Source: Candidatus Cloacimonadales bacterium
GTDB taxonomy: Bacteria; Cloacimonadota; Cloacimonadia; Cloacimonadales; JAFGVF01
Direction: 5' to 3'
Assembly: GCA_963667035.1 (NCBI GenBank)
Contig: OY762964.1
Coordinates: forward strand, 1,088,001 to 1,152,000
Length of the DNA: 64,000 nucleotides
Shown here: piece by piece, positions 39,787 to 52,118 of the stretch
Position numbering within the stretch: the first letter of the stretch is position 1
Layout of the letters: every line of letters starts with the position of its first letter
Notes under the pieces: model-generated
Told to the model about the DNA's origin: nothing
Database searches by the model: none
The model's input: the letters and a program-made list of their open reading frames with translations, nothing else
Program-made: the position numbers and the translations under genes

Positions 39787-40949
39787 TAATTATCTCCAAT
39801 AACGTCAAGAATGAAGTCTGCACTGTCAGTTTTTCTTCCTTCAAACTTATGTTCAGTGTTATGCGATAGTATTACTATTGAAGTTTCATCCGAACCGCTT
39901 ACCCTAAGGTCATTTGCAACAACCCAATCCAGATTTTTCTTTTCAAGCTTAATCAGAGCATTCTTTACGATGTCTTCCGATTCAGCGGCAAAACCTATCA
40001 GATGCTGACCGATTAACTTGTCTCTACCCATATTTGCCAGGATGTCTTCAGTTCGCTTTAATTCTATTGTTAAACTACCGGATTTCTTTAATTTGTGTTT
40101 TGATTTATACTCCGGTGTATAGTCCGCAACAGCAGCAGTCATTATAACTATATCTTGGGAAGCATAATGCTTCATAACTTCTTTGTACATCTCTTCTGCT
40201 GAAATAGCTTTTATTGGATTCAGATATGCCGGTACTTTCTCAGAGATATTGCTATGAATAAAGGTTACGGACGCTCCTCGCCAATAAGCGGATCTCGCAA
40301 GAGATAGACCCATTTTTCCACTCGAGTGGTTAGTAATGTATCGCATAGGATCAATATCCTCACATGAAGCTCCTGCAGTGATAAGAACTTTCTTACCTTT
40401 CATATCTTTCTCTGAAGCGGTTATTGCTCTAATGGCATGAACAATTTCGACCGGTTCAGGAAGTCTTCCCTTTCCTTTATAGCCACAAGCAAGAACTCCA
40501 TCGTCCGGTTCTAACAAATAGTTCCCATAACTCTTAAGTGCTTTTAAGTTTGCTTGAGTTGCAGGACTATCATACATGTATATATTCATTGCAGGAACAA
40601 AGAGGATTGGTTTAGGACTGGCTAGAATTGTGGAACTAAGCAAGTCATCTGCTATTCCATTAGCTGATTTAGCAATCATGTTTCCGGTTGCCGGAGCTAT
40701 GACAATCAAATCAGCCCACCCCGCCCAATTTACATGGGCAATTGGTTCATCTAATTGGAACTCATGAGTGAGCACCTTTTCTCCGGTTATGCCTGCAAAG
40801 TTAATAGCTCCAATAAACTCTTGAGCATGCTTTGTCATTATAGTTCTGACAATTGCTCCCTCTTTCTTTAGTCTACTTGCAATCTCAATCGCTTTGTATG
40901 CAGCTATGCCTCCGCATACTCCTAATAATATTTTCTTATCTTTAAGCAT
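39786..40949 (-). CDS. coaBC: Phosphopantothenoylcysteine decarboxylase/ligase
   Basis: GGIAAYK, APATGN, PAMN, LACG, DPMRYITNHSSGKMG, AAVADY and GFAAES motifs. Confidence 0.95.
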   Translation of the reverse strand: MLKDKKILLGVCGGIAAYKAIEIASRLKKEGAIVRTIMTKHAQEFIGAINFAGITGEKVLTHEFQLDEPIAHVNWAGWADLIVIAPATGNMIAKSANGIADDLLSSTILASPKPILFVPAMNIYMYDSPATQANLKALKSYGNYLLEPDDGVLACGYKGKGRLPEPVEIVHAIRAITASEKDMKGKKVLITAGASCEDIDPMRYITNHSSGKMGLSLARSAYWRGASVTFIHSNISEKVPAYLNPIKAISAEEMYKEVMKHYASQDIVIMTAAVADYTPEYKSKHKLKKSGSLTIELKRTEDILANMGRDKLIGQHLIGFAAESEDIVKNALIKLEKKNLDWVVANDLRVSGSDETSIVILSHNTEHKFEGRKTDSADFILDVIGDN

Positions 40950-41118
40950 AATGTCCTACTAATTTCAATTTGTTATAGATTATTGCATGAATATATCGTG
41001 TCAAATGAATTCATTGTTACCGATAGATTGTTGCAGAATAAAACGGAATCTTGTCTCAAGAGGATTTACATTGATTTATTAAATGTTCCGGAATAATTTG
41101 ATTAAATGCGTGTAAAAC

Positions 41119-41149
41119 AAAAAGAGTATTACCCAAAAAGTAATACTCT
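41119..41149 (-). terminator. Intrinsic terminator
   Basis: AGAGTATTAC...GTAATACTCT stem preceded by an A-run, just past the stop at 41171. Confidence 0.6.
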
Positions 41150-41170
41150 ATAAAAATTAGTTGTTATGTA

Positions 41171-42067
41171 TTATAATATAGCTTTCTTTCTTTGAACCAC
41201 ACTGGAAACAGGAACTAAGTCGTAACCATTCTCATCGGCTAATCTAAGGAATTCCTTTAACTGTATAAGCTTCTTCTCTGTTAAGCAGTGAGTGATAACA
41301 ATAGTAGGATTATCTTTCCTGTTTTTCTTTTCAAGTTCATCAATTTTGTTTACTGCATTTTCTAAAGATGAATCCGGAACGTCTAAAAATATGTGTCTTC
41401 TGTTTGTCGGAACATTCATAGAAAGACATACATCTTTTACGACTGAGTTAGCCTCAGTGAAACTATCGATAAAGAACATGTTATTAGCTTTCAATCTCTC
41501 GCATACTATCTTCATGACTCTTTTATCTGCTGTTGCCTTGCTTCCCATGTGATTATTAATACCAATTGCACTAGGCAATTGATTAATGTAATAATCCATT
41601 CTTGAAGCTATCTCTTCATCAGAAAGACTGGTTAGAATAGCATTCTCACCGGGATTATCCTTTGGATAGCTTAATGGTTCCATAGGAGTATGAATGATCA
41701 CCTCTCTATTTTGTAGCATAGCCTCTGCCATAATATCCTTACTGTGGGGGAGATCAGGCATGATTGCGAAGGCAATCTCAACAGGTAAATCCATGAATTT
41801 TTGAATAAGTTCATTATGATTTTGACCGAAATCATCAATAATCACACAAAGCTTTTTTCCTGTATGATTGATAATAGGTTCTGTCTCAACATTATTGCTA
41901 TCAGAAGGGATTTGAGATTCATCAACTTCAACATATTCAGGCTTATCTTTAATATCATTATCATTATCATTGACTTTAGAGCAAGTTATTGGAATTACTA
42001 CTATTAATGCAACAATGATTATGAATATCCAGTTATAGCCGTTATTGTATCTTTTCTTTTCCATCAT
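41171..42067 (-). CDS. Divergent polysaccharide deacetylase (YibQ-like)
   Basis: IIDDFG, HTPMEP, GINNHMGS and FFIDS motifs. Confidence 0.85.
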   Translation of the reverse strand: MMEKKRYNNGYNWIFIIIVALIVVIPITCSKVNDNDNDIKDKPEYVEVDESQIPSDSNNVETEPIINHTGKKLCVIIDDFGQNHNELIQKFMDLPVEIAFAIMPDLPHSKDIMAEAMLQNREVIIHTPMEPLSYPKDNPGENAILTSLSDEEIASRMDYYINQLPSAIGINNHMGSKATADKRVMKIVCERLKANNMFFIDSFTEANSVVKDVCLSMNVPTNRRHIFLDVPDSSLENAVNKIDELEKKNRKDNPTIVITHCLTEKKLIQLKEFLRLADENGYDLVPVSSVVQRKKAIL

Positions 42068-42632
42068 TTGTTCTCTCCCAAGAAACTACCGAGCCAACAG
42101 TTATACCCGCCATGTCGCTAATTCCTGCATTAAGTTCTAATACATACATTGCGGGTTGATAGCACACAATCGGGTCTTCACTGTAAGGAATTGTATCTTT
42201 TGAAATCTGTATAATTCTATTATCACTATCTATAAATAGCATATCAAGAGGAAGGTAGGTGTTTTTCATCCAAAAACTAAGGGGTTGCGGGTTCTTGTAT
42301 ACAAAAAGCATACCTTGATTCGGAGCCATTTTCTTTCTGTACATTAGTCCTTGTTCCATCTTCTCAGGAGTCTCGGCAATCTCAATATCGAAATTTCCTA
42401 AATGATAATCACCATCTTTGATAGTTAGTACTCCATGCTTGGTAAAAGGATAGTTCTTTTCTTCAGTCTGTCCTTTAGGTTCTGCAACAAATCTAGTCGC
42501 AGCGAATTTGGCAAAAACAACTTTAAAGAGATAGAAGAATAGCATAAAGGCAATTACATATACAATGAGCTTGATGGTATTCTTTCTTTTCATCTCTTTT
42601 AGTGAACGTTTCTGTCTATCTGTACTTGTCAT
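42042..42632 (-). CDS. DUF192 family protein
   Basis: EIAET....QGLMYR, GMLF, FWMKNT..PLD and YVLELNAG motifs. Confidence 0.85.
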   Translation of the reverse strand: MTSTDRQKRSLKEMKRKNTIKLIVYVIAFMLFFYLFKVVFAKFAATRFVAEPKGQTEEKNYPFTKHGVLTIKDGDYHLGNFDIEIAETPEKMEQGLMYRKKMAPNQGMLFVYKNPQPLSFWMKNTYLPLDMLFIDSDNRIIQISKDTIPYSEDPIVCYQPAMYVLELNAGISDMAGITVGSVVSWERTNDGKEKIQ

Positions 42633-42690
42633 TTAAACTCCAATTATCTATGCTGTTTTTAACTAATACAATCGCATTGCTACGTCAAGT

Positions 42691-45534
42691 TTATTTCATT
42701 AGAACCATTTTTCCAGTAAGTTTTACTTTGTCAGCTTCAAGACGATAGAAATAAACTCCCGATGCTACTTTATCTCCATTACTGTTCTTCCCATCCCAAA
42801 TGACAGTATGTTCACCTGATGTCAGTAGATCTGAAACTAGAGTGTTTACTTTATGACCTTTTATGTCATAAATTATTAAAGAGGTCTCAGTATTGTTATT
42901 TGCAATTGAGAAGTTGATTGTAGTAGTCGGATTAAATGGATTCGGGTAGTTTCCTGAAAGCATTGTAACCTGATTAACTGCATTATCGTTATTAGCGAAA
43001 CTGTCTAGCATCTGAGTGTTCTCAAAGCCATTACAAAATGATTGAGCGGTATAGGGTAGGGGAGCATCACTAATGTAATTGAAAGAGATAATTTCTCCTG
43101 TGTTTGTTAGATTATTTGCAGGTAGATAAAGAAGTCTGTAGTTATCTACACCTTTGTAATATCCGCCTAAATGCTCAACACTAGAGAGCGGTTCAACAGT
43201 AAAAGTGTTAAAATCTATTAAAAGAGCATACATTTCAACCGGGAAAGTTTGAGTAACGAATATACTAGTTTCATCGATATCACAAACAACAGTCGGATTT
43301 TCATAGGTGATATCTAATCCGTTTTGTACCGGCAACCGGTCCAGTGTACCACAGAAATATCTGTATAGTAAGCCTGCATCTATATAGTTAATTAAATTGT
43401 TATTATCCATGTTAGCAGTATCGAAAGAAGTTATTGTCCAAGTCTCGGAATCACTAAGAACAAAATCGGCGAGTAAGTCTATATCAAAAGCAGAGATTAT
43501 TCTGTCTCCATTTAAATCACCAATAATAGGTAGTGTGGAAGTAATTTCGAAATTGTCTATCTTAATTCCATCATTTCTAAGACCTACATCAGTCTCTAGT
43601 CTGAATCTGAGGTAAAGATTATCATACCCTTGTATAACATAATCGTGATAATTCCAATAATCAGCACCATTGTAACTAGCAATAGTCTCCCAAATATTCC
43701 CGTTCTCAGAGATCTCTAGATAACCGTAGTCATAACCTTCTTCTAATTCAAAATACATATCGAAACTAACTTTTACCGGCATTCCGTTTGTCTGAATTGG
43801 TGATGAAAGACCGCAAGTGACATTTAAATTATTATTGTATTGTCCGGAAGGAGAATCAGATAGTACATTAGAGCCATTATCAGATTCAATTCCCCAGCTT
43901 CCGGTTGTTTGCCATTGAGCTAGACCTGTATCAAAATTATCGAAGAACAAAACGCTTTCGGATGGAAATACTAAACAGATATCTGAAGTATCCCATAGTG
44001 AAATAGATGTGTTTAAAGTTTGTGTACCAATACTGGCTGTTACTTGATAGTCTCCTTGTAGCAAAGTAGCTGAAAATCTACCATTCTCATCGGTTATAAC
44101 CGTGTTTGTTGTATAAAAGGCTATTTGACCGTTACTAATTAACTCTCCATTAGAGAATCTTGCAACACCATTCAAGGAAACTTCTTGTGCTTGAATAAGC
44201 TCGAAATTAATTGTTGTATACCCTGATGCAGGAACGACAACATCTTCAACAGTAACACTACGGAATCCTTCTTTTCTAGCAGTAATGGTATAAACTCCGG
44301 GAAGTAGTAATCTGTGGTAATCTCCAACTCCCGGATGAGATAAAATGGATTTATTGTTGTTTTCAATAATGATTTCTGCTTCAATTGGGTTTTGCGAATC
44401 ATCTGTAACGATACCTTTGATACCATTTTGAGCAAACTCAATATAAGAAAGCAATGATTCACGATTCTGATCCCAAATAGTTGATAACAGATTTGTGTTA
44501 GGCCATTTTTCATCATATACTTCACAAGTTATATCAAAACAATTTGAATAGGAGTAACTCCAGTCCTGAATTGATCCCTGAGTTTCATACCATGCATTTC
44601 CATTAGTTATACCGTTGTTAAATTCATTACTGTTATACATAGCAGGATAATTCTGAGAATATACTAGTGACATCTGTTGGAACAACTGATCATCATGTGT
44701 CAATGATGGAGTATAATCCCAAGGGTAATTCATAACGGTTGCTCCACCATGGAAAACAAGACTCTCCGTGAAATAATGACTCTCGCTCCAATCAAGAATC
44801 GCTTGTGTTTCAGGTTGCCAACTATTACCGTCTGGATGCATGATTCCTGAAGGAGTCGGGAAATTACGATTCAGGTCAACATTATTCTGATTGTATCTTG
44901 TATGATTGATATAACCATCCGGATTCATTAATGGATTAATCCATAACTCTGTATTATTTACTATATTAGTGATTCGTGTATTTGTTCCGTATTCACTTGT
45001 TAGTAGATTGATAAGTCTTATCATGAAGTCGAAACCAACCGTTTCATCACCATGAATAGATGAAATATACCTTACCTCTGGTTCTTCTTCGTCGATAGCA
45101 ACATTATCTGAAATCTTCATAAAAAGAATATCATTTCCATTAACTGAATCACCTATGTCTACAAGTCGACAAATGTTTGGGTAACTTGAAGCAGTATTTT
45201 GCATGAAATTTATATATTCTGAATAGCTGTAATACTCTCTCATAGGATCACGAGTGTCCTTTGTCTCTTCCCAAAGTCTGTTGGCATATTCTTTAGCTTT
45301 GTCAGTTATAAAATCAATGCTGTAACCGTTAGCATTAAGTAGTTGGATATCTTCTTCAAAGAGATACAAATAAATAGTATTTCCTATTACTTTATCTATG
45401 TCAATACCATTCTTATTCATAAATTTTATATCATTTCTTATGTTATTGCTAGTAATAGTTGCTGTTTCATATGTAGCCGCTAGCGTACTCATTAACAATA
45501 GCATTGCAGCCAGTATTATTATAATCTTCCTCAT
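42691..45534 (-). CDS. Secreted M14 zinc carboxypeptidase with dockerin-like repeat and C-terminal FlgD-Ig/T9SS-A-like domain
   Basis: IHGDE, NPDG, DLNRNF and FHGG motifs; GDLNGD and NMDNNNLINYID EF-hand-like repeats; NYPNPFNP...SGVYFYRL...KMVLMK tail. Confidence 0.88.
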   Translation of the reverse strand: MRKIIIILAAMLLLMSTLAATYETATITSNNIRNDIKFMNKNGIDIDKVIGNTIYLYLFEEDIQLLNANGYSIDFITDKAKEYANRLWEETKDTRDPMREYYSYSEYINFMQNTASSYPNICRLVDIGDSVNGNDILFMKISDNVAIDEEEPEVRYISSIHGDETVGFDFMIRLINLLTSEYGTNTRITNIVNNTELWINPLMNPDGYINHTRYNQNNVDLNRNFPTPSGIMHPDGNSWQPETQAILDWSESHYFTESLVFHGGATVMNYPWDYTPSLTHDDQLFQQMSLVYSQNYPAMYNSNEFNNGITNGNAWYETQGSIQDWSYSYSNCFDITCEVYDEKWPNTNLLSTIWDQNRESLLSYIEFAQNGIKGIVTDDSQNPIEAEIIIENNNKSILSHPGVGDYHRLLLPGVYTITARKEGFRSVTVEDVVVPASGYTTINFELIQAQEVSLNGVARFSNGELISNGQIAFYTTNTVITDENGRFSATLLQGDYQVTASIGTQTLNTSISLWDTSDICLVFPSESVLFFDNFDTGLAQWQTTGSWGIESDNGSNVLSDSPSGQYNNNLNVTCGLSSPIQTNGMPVKVSFDMYFELEEGYDYGYLEISENGNIWETIASYNGADYWNYHDYVIQGYDNLYLRFRLETDVGLRNDGIKIDNFEITSTLPIIGDLNGDRIISAFDIDLLADFVLSDSETWTITSFDTANMDNNNLINYIDAGLLYRYFCGTLDRLPVQNGLDITYENPTVVCDIDETSIFVTQTFPVEMYALLIDFNTFTVEPLSSVEHLGGYYKGVDNYRLLYLPANNLTNTGEIISFNYISDAPLPYTAQSFCNGFENTQMLDSFANNDNAVNQVTMLSGNYPNPFNPTTTINFSIANNNTETSLIIYDIKGHKVNTLVSDLLTSGEHTVIWDGKNSNGDKVASGVYFYRLEADKVKLTGKMVLMK

Positions 45535-45647
45535 AATCTCCTCTATTGGGTTCAGTTGAACAAATCAGATGTAAAATTAGGCATTATTGTCAATTATAAT
45601 CTAGTCTATGTGTTCCATAACTGTAATAATCCAAAAAGGAAGTATAA

Positions 45648-45682
45648 TGATTAAGGCACCTTGTTTCCAGGTGCCTTAATCA
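45648..45682. terminator. Hairpin terminator after methylmalonyl-CoA mutase
   Basis: TGATTAAGGCACCT...AGGTGCCTTAATCA perfect 14-bp stem. Confidence 0.7.
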
Positions 45683-45706
45683 ATCAATATGTTAAGAGAA
45701 AGGATT

Positions 45707-47884
45707 CTACAATCCCAGTCTCTCATTTAACTTTTCAATAATGACTCTTGCAGCATGAGGTAAAACAGTACCGGGACCAAATATAGCCGCAGCACCGTGC
45801 TCATAAAGATAGTCATAATCTTGAGCAGGAATAACTCCACCACATATGACCATGATGTCTTCTCTACCTAATTTAGCAAGCTCATCAATCAATTGAGGAA
45901 GTAATGTTTTATGTCCTGCAGCTAATGAGCTCATACCAATAACATGCACGTCATTCTCGACAGCTTGTCTGGCAGTCTCTTCCGGAGTTTGGAAAAGAGG
46001 TCCCATATCGACATCAAATCCCATATCTGCATAAGCAGTGGCTACTACTTTTGCACCACGGTCATGTCCGTCTTGGCCCATTTTCGCAATCATGATACGA
46101 GGTCGACGTCCTTCTTTTGCTTCAAATTCATCAGCGAGTTTTCTAACACTCTCCACATCTTCTGAGTTTTTGTATTCAGATTTGTAAACATTAGAGATAA
46201 GTTTAATAGTCGCTTGATGTCTTCCAAATTTCTTTTCCATAGCGTTAGATATTTCTCCTAAAGTGGCTCTGGCTCTTGTAGCATATATTGCTAATTCCAA
46301 GAGGTTACCATCACCTGTTTCACAAGACTTAGTAATTGCATCCAAGCATTCATTAACCTTACTATTATCACGTTCAGCTTTAAGTTTATTAAGACGTTCT
46401 ATCTGAGATAATCTAACTGAAGTATTATCAACTTCCAAGATTTCAATTGGATCTTCTTGTTCTAAACGATATTTATTAACACCAACGATTGTCTCAATTC
46501 CGGAATCTATCTTTGCCTGTCTTCTCGCAGCAGCTTCTTCAATACGCATTTTTGGAAGACCGGATTCAATAGCTTTTGTCATTCCACCAAGTTCTTCAAC
46601 TTCTACAATATGATTCCAACCCTTAATGAGCAAGTCATTTGTTAAGGCTTCAATATAGTATGATCCACCCCAAGGGTCAATCACATTGCATACTCCTGTT
46701 TCATGCTGAAGGAAAAGCTGAGTATTTCTTGCTATACGAGCACTGAAATCTGTTGGTAAGGCAATAGCTTCGTCAAGTGAATTGGTATGTAACGATTGAG
46801 TATGTCCCATTGTTGCAGCTAAAGCCTCAAGAACGGTTCTTGTAATATTATTATATGGGTCTTGTTCAGTAAGAGACCAACCTGAAGTTTGAGAGTGGGT
46901 CCTAAGAGCCATAGATTTAGGATTCTTAGGATTGAATTGTTTTACTAATTTTGCCCAAAGTATGCGAGCTGCTCTTAACTTAGCCACTTCCATGAAATAG
47001 TTCATACCTTCCGCCCAGAAGAAAGATAGACGTGGGGCAAAAGCATCAATATCAATTCCGGCATCAATACCGGTTTTGATATATTGTAGACCATCAGCTA
47101 TTGTATAAGCCATTTCAAGGTCTGCAGTAGCTCCTGCTTCCTGCATGTGATATCCTGAAATACTAATACTATTAAACTTAGGCATATTCTTTGAAGTAAA
47201 CTCAAAGATGTCGGCTATAATTCTCATAGATTCTGTTGGTGGATAGATGTATGTATTACGCACCATGTACTCTTTCAAAATATCATTTTGAATAGTACCT
47301 GAAAGTTGTTCCCATTTAACACCTTGCTCTTCAGCAGCTACTATGTAGAAAGCCATTACAGGAATAACAGCTCCATTCATGGTCATGGAAACTGACATCT
47401 TGTCTAATGGGATGCCATCAAACAAAATTTTCATATCAAGTATTGAATCAATTGCTACACCGGCTTTACCAACATCTCCGACTACTCTTTCATGATCTGA
47501 ATCATAACCTCTATGTGTTGCAAGATCAAAGGCAACTGAAAGACCTTTCTGACCCATAGCAAGGTTTCTACGATAAAAAGCATTACTCTCTTCGGCAGTA
47601 GAGAAACCTGCATACTGACGAATTGTCCAAGGTCTTGTTACATACATTGAACCGTATGGTCCTCTGAGATAAGGTGGAATTCCTGACATAAATCCTAAAT
47701 GCTCCATATCAATAAGATCATCTTGCGTGTATACAGGTTTTACATCAATCTTCTCATTAGTTTTCCACACTAATTGTTCTATACTTTTACCGGATTCTTT
47801 TTGTACTTTTGTAACCCAGTCAGTGTATTTCTCTTTACTTTCTTTAAGTTTAATATCTATTTTTGTGAAATCAGGATTGCTCAT
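45707..47884 (-). CDS. scpA: Methylmalonyl-CoA mutase large (catalytic, B12-binding) subunit
   Basis: [18 protein letters not shown] and GQDGHDRG (DxHxxG) motifs. Confidence 0.96.
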   Translation of the reverse strand: MSNPDFTKIDIKLKESKEKYTDWVTKVQKESGKSIEQLVWKTNEKIDVKPVYTQDDLIDMEHLGFMSGIPPYLRGPYGSMYVTRPWTIRQYAGFSTAEESNAFYRRNLAMGQKGLSVAFDLATHRGYDSDHERVVGDVGKAGVAIDSILDMKILFDGIPLDKMSVSMTMNGAVIPVMAFYIVAAEEQGVKWEQLSGTIQNDILKEYMVRNTYIYPPTESMRIIADIFEFTSKNMPKFNSISISGYHMQEAGATADLEMAYTIADGLQYIKTGIDAGIDIDAFAPRLSFFWAEGMNYFMEVAKLRAARILWAKLVKQFNPKNPKSMALRTHSQTSGWSLTEQDPYNNITRTVLEALAATMGHTQSLHTNSLDEAIALPTDFSARIARNTQLFLQHETGVCNVIDPWGGSYYIEALTNDLLIKGWNHIVEVEELGGMTKAIESGLPKMRIEEAAARRQAKIDSGIETIVGVNKYRLEQEDPIEILEVDNTSVRLSQIERLNKLKAERDNSKVNECLDAITKSCETGDGNLLELAIYATRARATLGEISNAMEKKFGRHQATIKLISNVYKSEYKNSEDVESVRKLADEFEAKEGRRPRIMIAKMGQDGHDRGAKVVATAYADMGFDVDMGPLFQTPEETARQAVENDVHVIGMSSLAAGHKTLLPQLIDELAKLGREDIMVICGGVIPAQDYDYLYEHGAAAIFGPGTVLPHAARVIIEKLNERLGL

Positions 47885-50013
47885 TTAGCACCTCCGACTT
47901 TCTCTGCGAGTTTATTTAAAATTTCATAAGCATTAGCTTTTACATGAATGAAATCATCTACTCCAAGTTTAGTAAACTCTTCAATATGCTCTTTAGGGTA
48001 TCCGGCAAGAATAATTGAGACATCCGGATTAATCTCTTTAGCTTTAGCTACAACTCCGGGAACAAGCTCCGGGTATGTTGCATCGGTTGAACAGATTACA
48101 ATAATAGGTGATTTGTTTTCTTTATATGCTTTAGCAAAGCAGTTTTGACATTCGAAACCGTTTGTCATGATTGTGTTGAACCCTGCGACTTCGAAGAAAC
48201 CTCTTGAGAAATCAGCTCTTGCTTTATGTTGTGAAACAGGTCCCATATTAGCAAAGAAAACCTCGGGTCTCTTTTTCATGCATTCAACATTTTCTCTTAG
48301 TTGCTCGAAATGTTTAGTTGCTCTACTTTGATTGAATGAATCAATAACTATTTCTTCTTGCTCAGGATAGAGGATAGGGGCAATCTCTGACAAGATAGCT
48401 CCAGCTTCCCATAACTCACACATTTTATCTATTGAGCATGAGCATTTAGAATCAAGCTTTGTCTCTTTGACAAGTATTTCAACTTTAGAATCTCTATCAG
48501 AAAGAAAGTCCTGTATATCCAAAATTCTACCTTGAACCATACGCTTAACATCATTATCACGATTCTCTAGTTTCTCCTCATTTAAGTTAGCGTACATATT
48601 AGTTCCAACTTGCACATCCTTACGTGTATTAAGGTTCTGTCTTTTTTGGTCGGCAACTTCTTCAATAGCTTTTTGAATGGAACCATTCTTAAGAGATTGT
48701 ACTAATCCTTTTTCTTTTTCAACACTCTGGAATATCTCCCAAGCTTTTGAAGCGATTTTATCTGTTAATGATTCAATATACCAAGAACCACCTGCAGGAT
48801 CAATAAGCCATCTGAGATTTGATTCGTCTCTAAGGATTATTTGTTGGTTTCTAGCTATTCTTCTTGAAAACTCATCAGGTCTTCTGACAAGCTCATCAAA
48901 GAAACCTATATGCAAACTATCGACTCCACCAAGTACAGCACTGAATCCTTCAGTTGCAGTTCTCAAAATATTTACGTATGCATCATATACGGTTTTATTA
49001 AATCTTCCTGTTGAAGCATGAATGTAAATAGTTTTCACTTCTTCAGAAGCTCCGAATGCCTCAAGAATATTGCTCCAAATGAGGCGTGCAGCTCTAAATT
49101 TGGCAATTTCCATAAAGAAATCAGGCCCTATAAATAAGTTGAATTGAATGCTTTTAACAATTGTATCAATATCAAGACCACGATCAAGCATTGCTCTAAT
49201 ATACTCAACAGCTTTTGCAAAAGAATAGCCGAGTTCTTGGGTAGCACTACAACCACTATCCATATAAACTCTTGAATTAACAGAAATCATTCTCATATTA
49301 ACATTATTTTTAGAAGCCCACTTAATCATGTTACGCATCATATCATACAAATGTGTTAATGGAATAGCAAGTTTTCCTGATTCTTCAAGCTCAAGAATTG
49401 GATCAAAAGCTACGCTTCCTTTTAAAGACTTGATATCATCTTTAAAATAAGCTCTAAGAAGAGACAGATAAGCTGGAGCCATAACTCCTGAATCAAAATC
49501 AAGAGCTGTATTTTCAAAGTAGACGTCTTCGAATAAATTCTGAAGATCTTCCAGTTTTTCTACAGAAGTTCCCCTATAATAGTATTCTTTATTTAATTTA
49601 TCAGGATTTTTGCCTGATTTGCATTGTCTATCAAGTCTGATTCTTACTTTAGATACACCACGACCAAGATCTTCAAGTAACATTTTGTTGGCTTTACTTG
49701 GATTGTATGCTGTTTGTTCTTGAGCAATTTCCCAAGAACTGTTTAAATATCCTAAAGAATTATTGGCCCTTACTTTATCCTCTGCTCCGGGCATTTGAGA
49801 TTTGAAAGTCAAATCTTTAACATCTTCTTCCGTGTAGATTGGTTTTAGCGTAATACCTTCATAGGTTTTAGTTAGCATAGCCTTATCAAAGGGTTTACCT
49901 TTGAGAAGTTTGTTTACTTCTTCAACCCATTCTGAGTACTTCGGATTACCGAAATCTTCAAGTAGATTTAAGTCAGAAGCTTTATCAGCTTTCTTCATCT
50001 TAATTTCTGCCAT
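47881..50013 (-). CDS. mutA: Methylmalonyl-CoA mutase small subunit
   Basis: [30 protein letters not shown] and ICSTD..Y motifs; lacks DxHxxG; ATGA overlap with the large subunit. Confidence 0.9.
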   Translation of the reverse strand: MAEIKMKKADKASDLNLLEDFGNPKYSEWVEEVNKLLKGKPFDKAMLTKTYEGITLKPIYTEEDVKDLTFKSQMPGAEDKVRANNSLGYLNSSWEIAQEQTAYNPSKANKMLLEDLGRGVSKVRIRLDRQCKSGKNPDKLNKEYYYRGTSVEKLEDLQNLFEDVYFENTALDFDSGVMAPAYLSLLRAYFKDDIKSLKGSVAFDPILELEESGKLAIPLTHLYDMMRNMIKWASKNNVNMRMISVNSRVYMDSGCSATQELGYSFAKAVEYIRAMLDRGLDIDTIVKSIQFNLFIGPDFFMEIAKFRAARLIWSNILEAFGASEEVKTIYIHASTGRFNKTVYDAYVNILRTATEGFSAVLGGVDSLHIGFFDELVRRPDEFSRRIARNQQIILRDESNLRWLIDPAGGSWYIESLTDKIASKAWEIFQSVEKEKGLVQSLKNGSIQKAIEEVADQKRQNLNTRKDVQVGTNMYANLNEEKLENRDNDVKRMVQGRILDIQDFLSDRDSKVEILVKETKLDSKCSCSIDKMCELWEAGAILSEIAPILYPEQEEIVIDSFNQSRATKHFEQLRENVECMKKRPEVFFANMGPVSQHKARADFSRGFFEVAGFNTIMTNGFECQNCFAKAYKENKSPIIVICSTDATYPELVPGVVAKAKEINPDVSIILAGYPKEHIEEFTKLGVDDFIHVKANAYEILNKLAEKVGGAK

Positions 50014-50323
50014 TTGTTTACTCCGTATTCAGAAATTTTTTTATTTCAACTATTTGAGTCATAGAAATATGTCAATGTCATTTTCCTTTTTAGTGGTATT
50101 TAAACTGAATATAATTTAGTTTTTCAAATGTATCCGAAAAGACTAATAAAAGTACAACGAGTTAATAAAGATTATTGATATTGATTTTTTGCTACCTCAA
50201 TGTTTGAGCTTTAAGCATGGCTATATAAGTTCTATAAAGTCAGTTACAGGGAAAACAATAATTTGTATATGTGAATTTCTAAAATCTGATTAGTTTATCT
50301 CAAAATCATTCATTGGAGGTTGT

Positions 50324-51994
50324 ATGCTGTCAGATTTAGATATAGCACAAAAAACAAGGATATTACCGATTACAGAGATTGCAAAATCTGTAGGTATTAA
50401 AGAAGATGAACTTGAATTATACGGGAAACATAAAGCCAAGCTTACTTATGAAGCTGTAAAAAGAATTAGAAAACAGGAAAGAGGTAAGTTGATTCTAGTA
50501 TCAGCAATTACTCCTACTCCTGCAGGTGAAGGTAAAACAACAACAACGATAGGGCTTTCTCAAGCTTTAAATAAAATAGGTAAAAAATCTGTTGCAGCAA
50601 TTCGAGAACCGTCATTAGGTCCTGTCTTTGGTATTAAAGGTGGTGCCGCGGGTGGTGGATACTCACAAGTTTTACCTATGGAAGACATTAATCTTCACTT
50701 TACTGGTGATATGCATGCTGTGACTTCAGCAAACAATAATCTTTCAGCATTAATCGATAATTATATATATTGGGGAAACCCAATTAACCTTGATCCTAGA
50801 ACTATTAACTGGAATAGAGTACAAGATGTTAACGATAGAATGCTAAGAAGCATGGTTGTTGGACTTGGTGGTAAGAAACAGGGATTCCCGTTAGAAGAAA
50901 ATTTCATGATTACTCCAGCTTCTGAAATAATGGCGATTTTATGCTTAGCTAATGATATTGAAGATCTCAAAGCAAGAATAGGTAACATTCTTGTTGGTTA
51001 TACTTATGATAGAAAACCGGTATATGTTAAAGAGCTTGGTTTTGAAGGAGCTATTGCCTCATTATTAAAAGATGCGATTAAACCCAATCTTGTACAAACT
51101 ACTGAGAACACTCCGGCTTTTGTTCATGGAGGTCCTTTTGCAAATATTGCCCAAGGAGCTAATAGTGTAATAGCAACAAAAATGGCTCTAGGATTATCTG
51201 ATTATGCAGTTACTGAAGCTGGATTTGGTTTTGATTTAGGAGCTGAGAAGTTCTTTGACATTGTTTGTCGGATAGGTGGTTTTTGTACAAATGCTGTTGT
51301 CCTGGTTGCAACAGTAAGAGCCCTGAAGCTTCATGGCGGTATGAAATTGAAAGAACTGACAGAACCTAATGTTGATGCAGTAATTAAAGGGCTTGAAAAT
51401 CTTGAGAAGCATCTTGAGAATATTCAAAAGTTTGGTATGAAATCTGTTGTAGCGATAAACAGGTTCAGTACCGATACTGAAGATGAACTTCAGGCAATAG
51501 CAGACTTTGTTGAAAAGAAAGGTTTTCAGTCATCAATAGTAGAATCTCATGCGAGGGGAGGAGAAGGAGCAATTGATTTAGCTAATAAAGTCGTAGACCT
51601 TATTGAAAATGACCAATGTACACTACGTCCTCTTTATCCTCTAGAAATGGATGTAAAAGATAAAATATTTAAGATTGCCTCTGAGATATATGGTGCTGAG
51701 AATGTTGATTTTACTCCAGAAGCAAAACAGGATTTGTTAATGATAAAGAAACTTGGATTAGAGGGTTTGCCGATATGTATGGCAAAGACTCAGAAATCTC
51801 TTTCCGATAATCCTAAACTGTTAGGCCGACCTAAGGATTTTCTAGTTACAGTTAGAAAGATTAATGTATCAGCCGGAGCAGGATTCCTTGTACCTATTAC
51901 AGGAGAGATAATGCTTATGCCCGGATTACCGAAAGAACCTTCAGCAAATGCTATGGATATTGATGAAAATGGTAATATAAGTAATCTATTCTAG
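50324..51994 (+). CDS. fhs: Formate--tetrahydrofolate ligase
   Basis: TPTPAGEGKTT, IKGGAAGGGYSQ, HGGPFANIA, EAGFG.DLGAEKF and MPGLP motifs. Confidence 0.97.
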   Translation: MLSDLDIAQKTRILPITEIAKSVGIKEDELELYGKHKAKLTYEAVKRIRKQERGKLILVSAITPTPAGEGKTTTTIGLSQALNKIGKKSVAAIREPSLGPVFGIKGGAAGGGYSQVLPMEDINLHFTGDMHAVTSANNNLSALIDNYIYWGNPINLDPRTINWNRVQDVNDRMLRSMVVGLGGKKQGFPLEENFMITPASEIMAILCLANDIEDLKARIGNILVGYTYDRKPVYVKELGFEGAIASLLKDAIKPNLVQTTENTPAFVHGGPFANIAQGANSVIATKMALGLSDYAVTEAGFGFDLGAEKFFDIVCRIGGFCTNAVVLVATVRALKLHGGMKLKELTEPNVDAVIKGLENLEKHLENIQKFGMKSVVAINRFSTDTEDELQAIADFVEKKGFQSSIVESHARGGEGAIDLANKVVDLIENDQCTLRPLYPLEMDVKDKIFKIASEIYGAENVDFTPEAKQDLLMIKKLGLEGLPICMAKTQKSLSDNPKLLGRPKDFLVTVRKINVSAGAGFLVPITGEIMLMPGLPKEPSANAMDIDENGNISNLF

Positions 51995-52008
51995 AATAAT
52001 ATTATAAC

Positions 52009-52115
52009 AGGAATCATACTGAGTATGATTCCTCAGACTGTTGACAAAGCTATGAAATCTTACTCATAGCTTTGTCAATAGTCGGTAAAAGACCCTGAGT
52101 ATTCAGGGCCTTTTT
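52009..52115. terminator. Three consecutive hairpins between the convergent fhs and DUF6765-like genes
   Basis: Stems at 52009-52033, 52036-52083 and 52087-52115; the last has A and T tails, so it looks bidirectional. Confidence 0.7.
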
Positions 52116-52118
52116 GTA

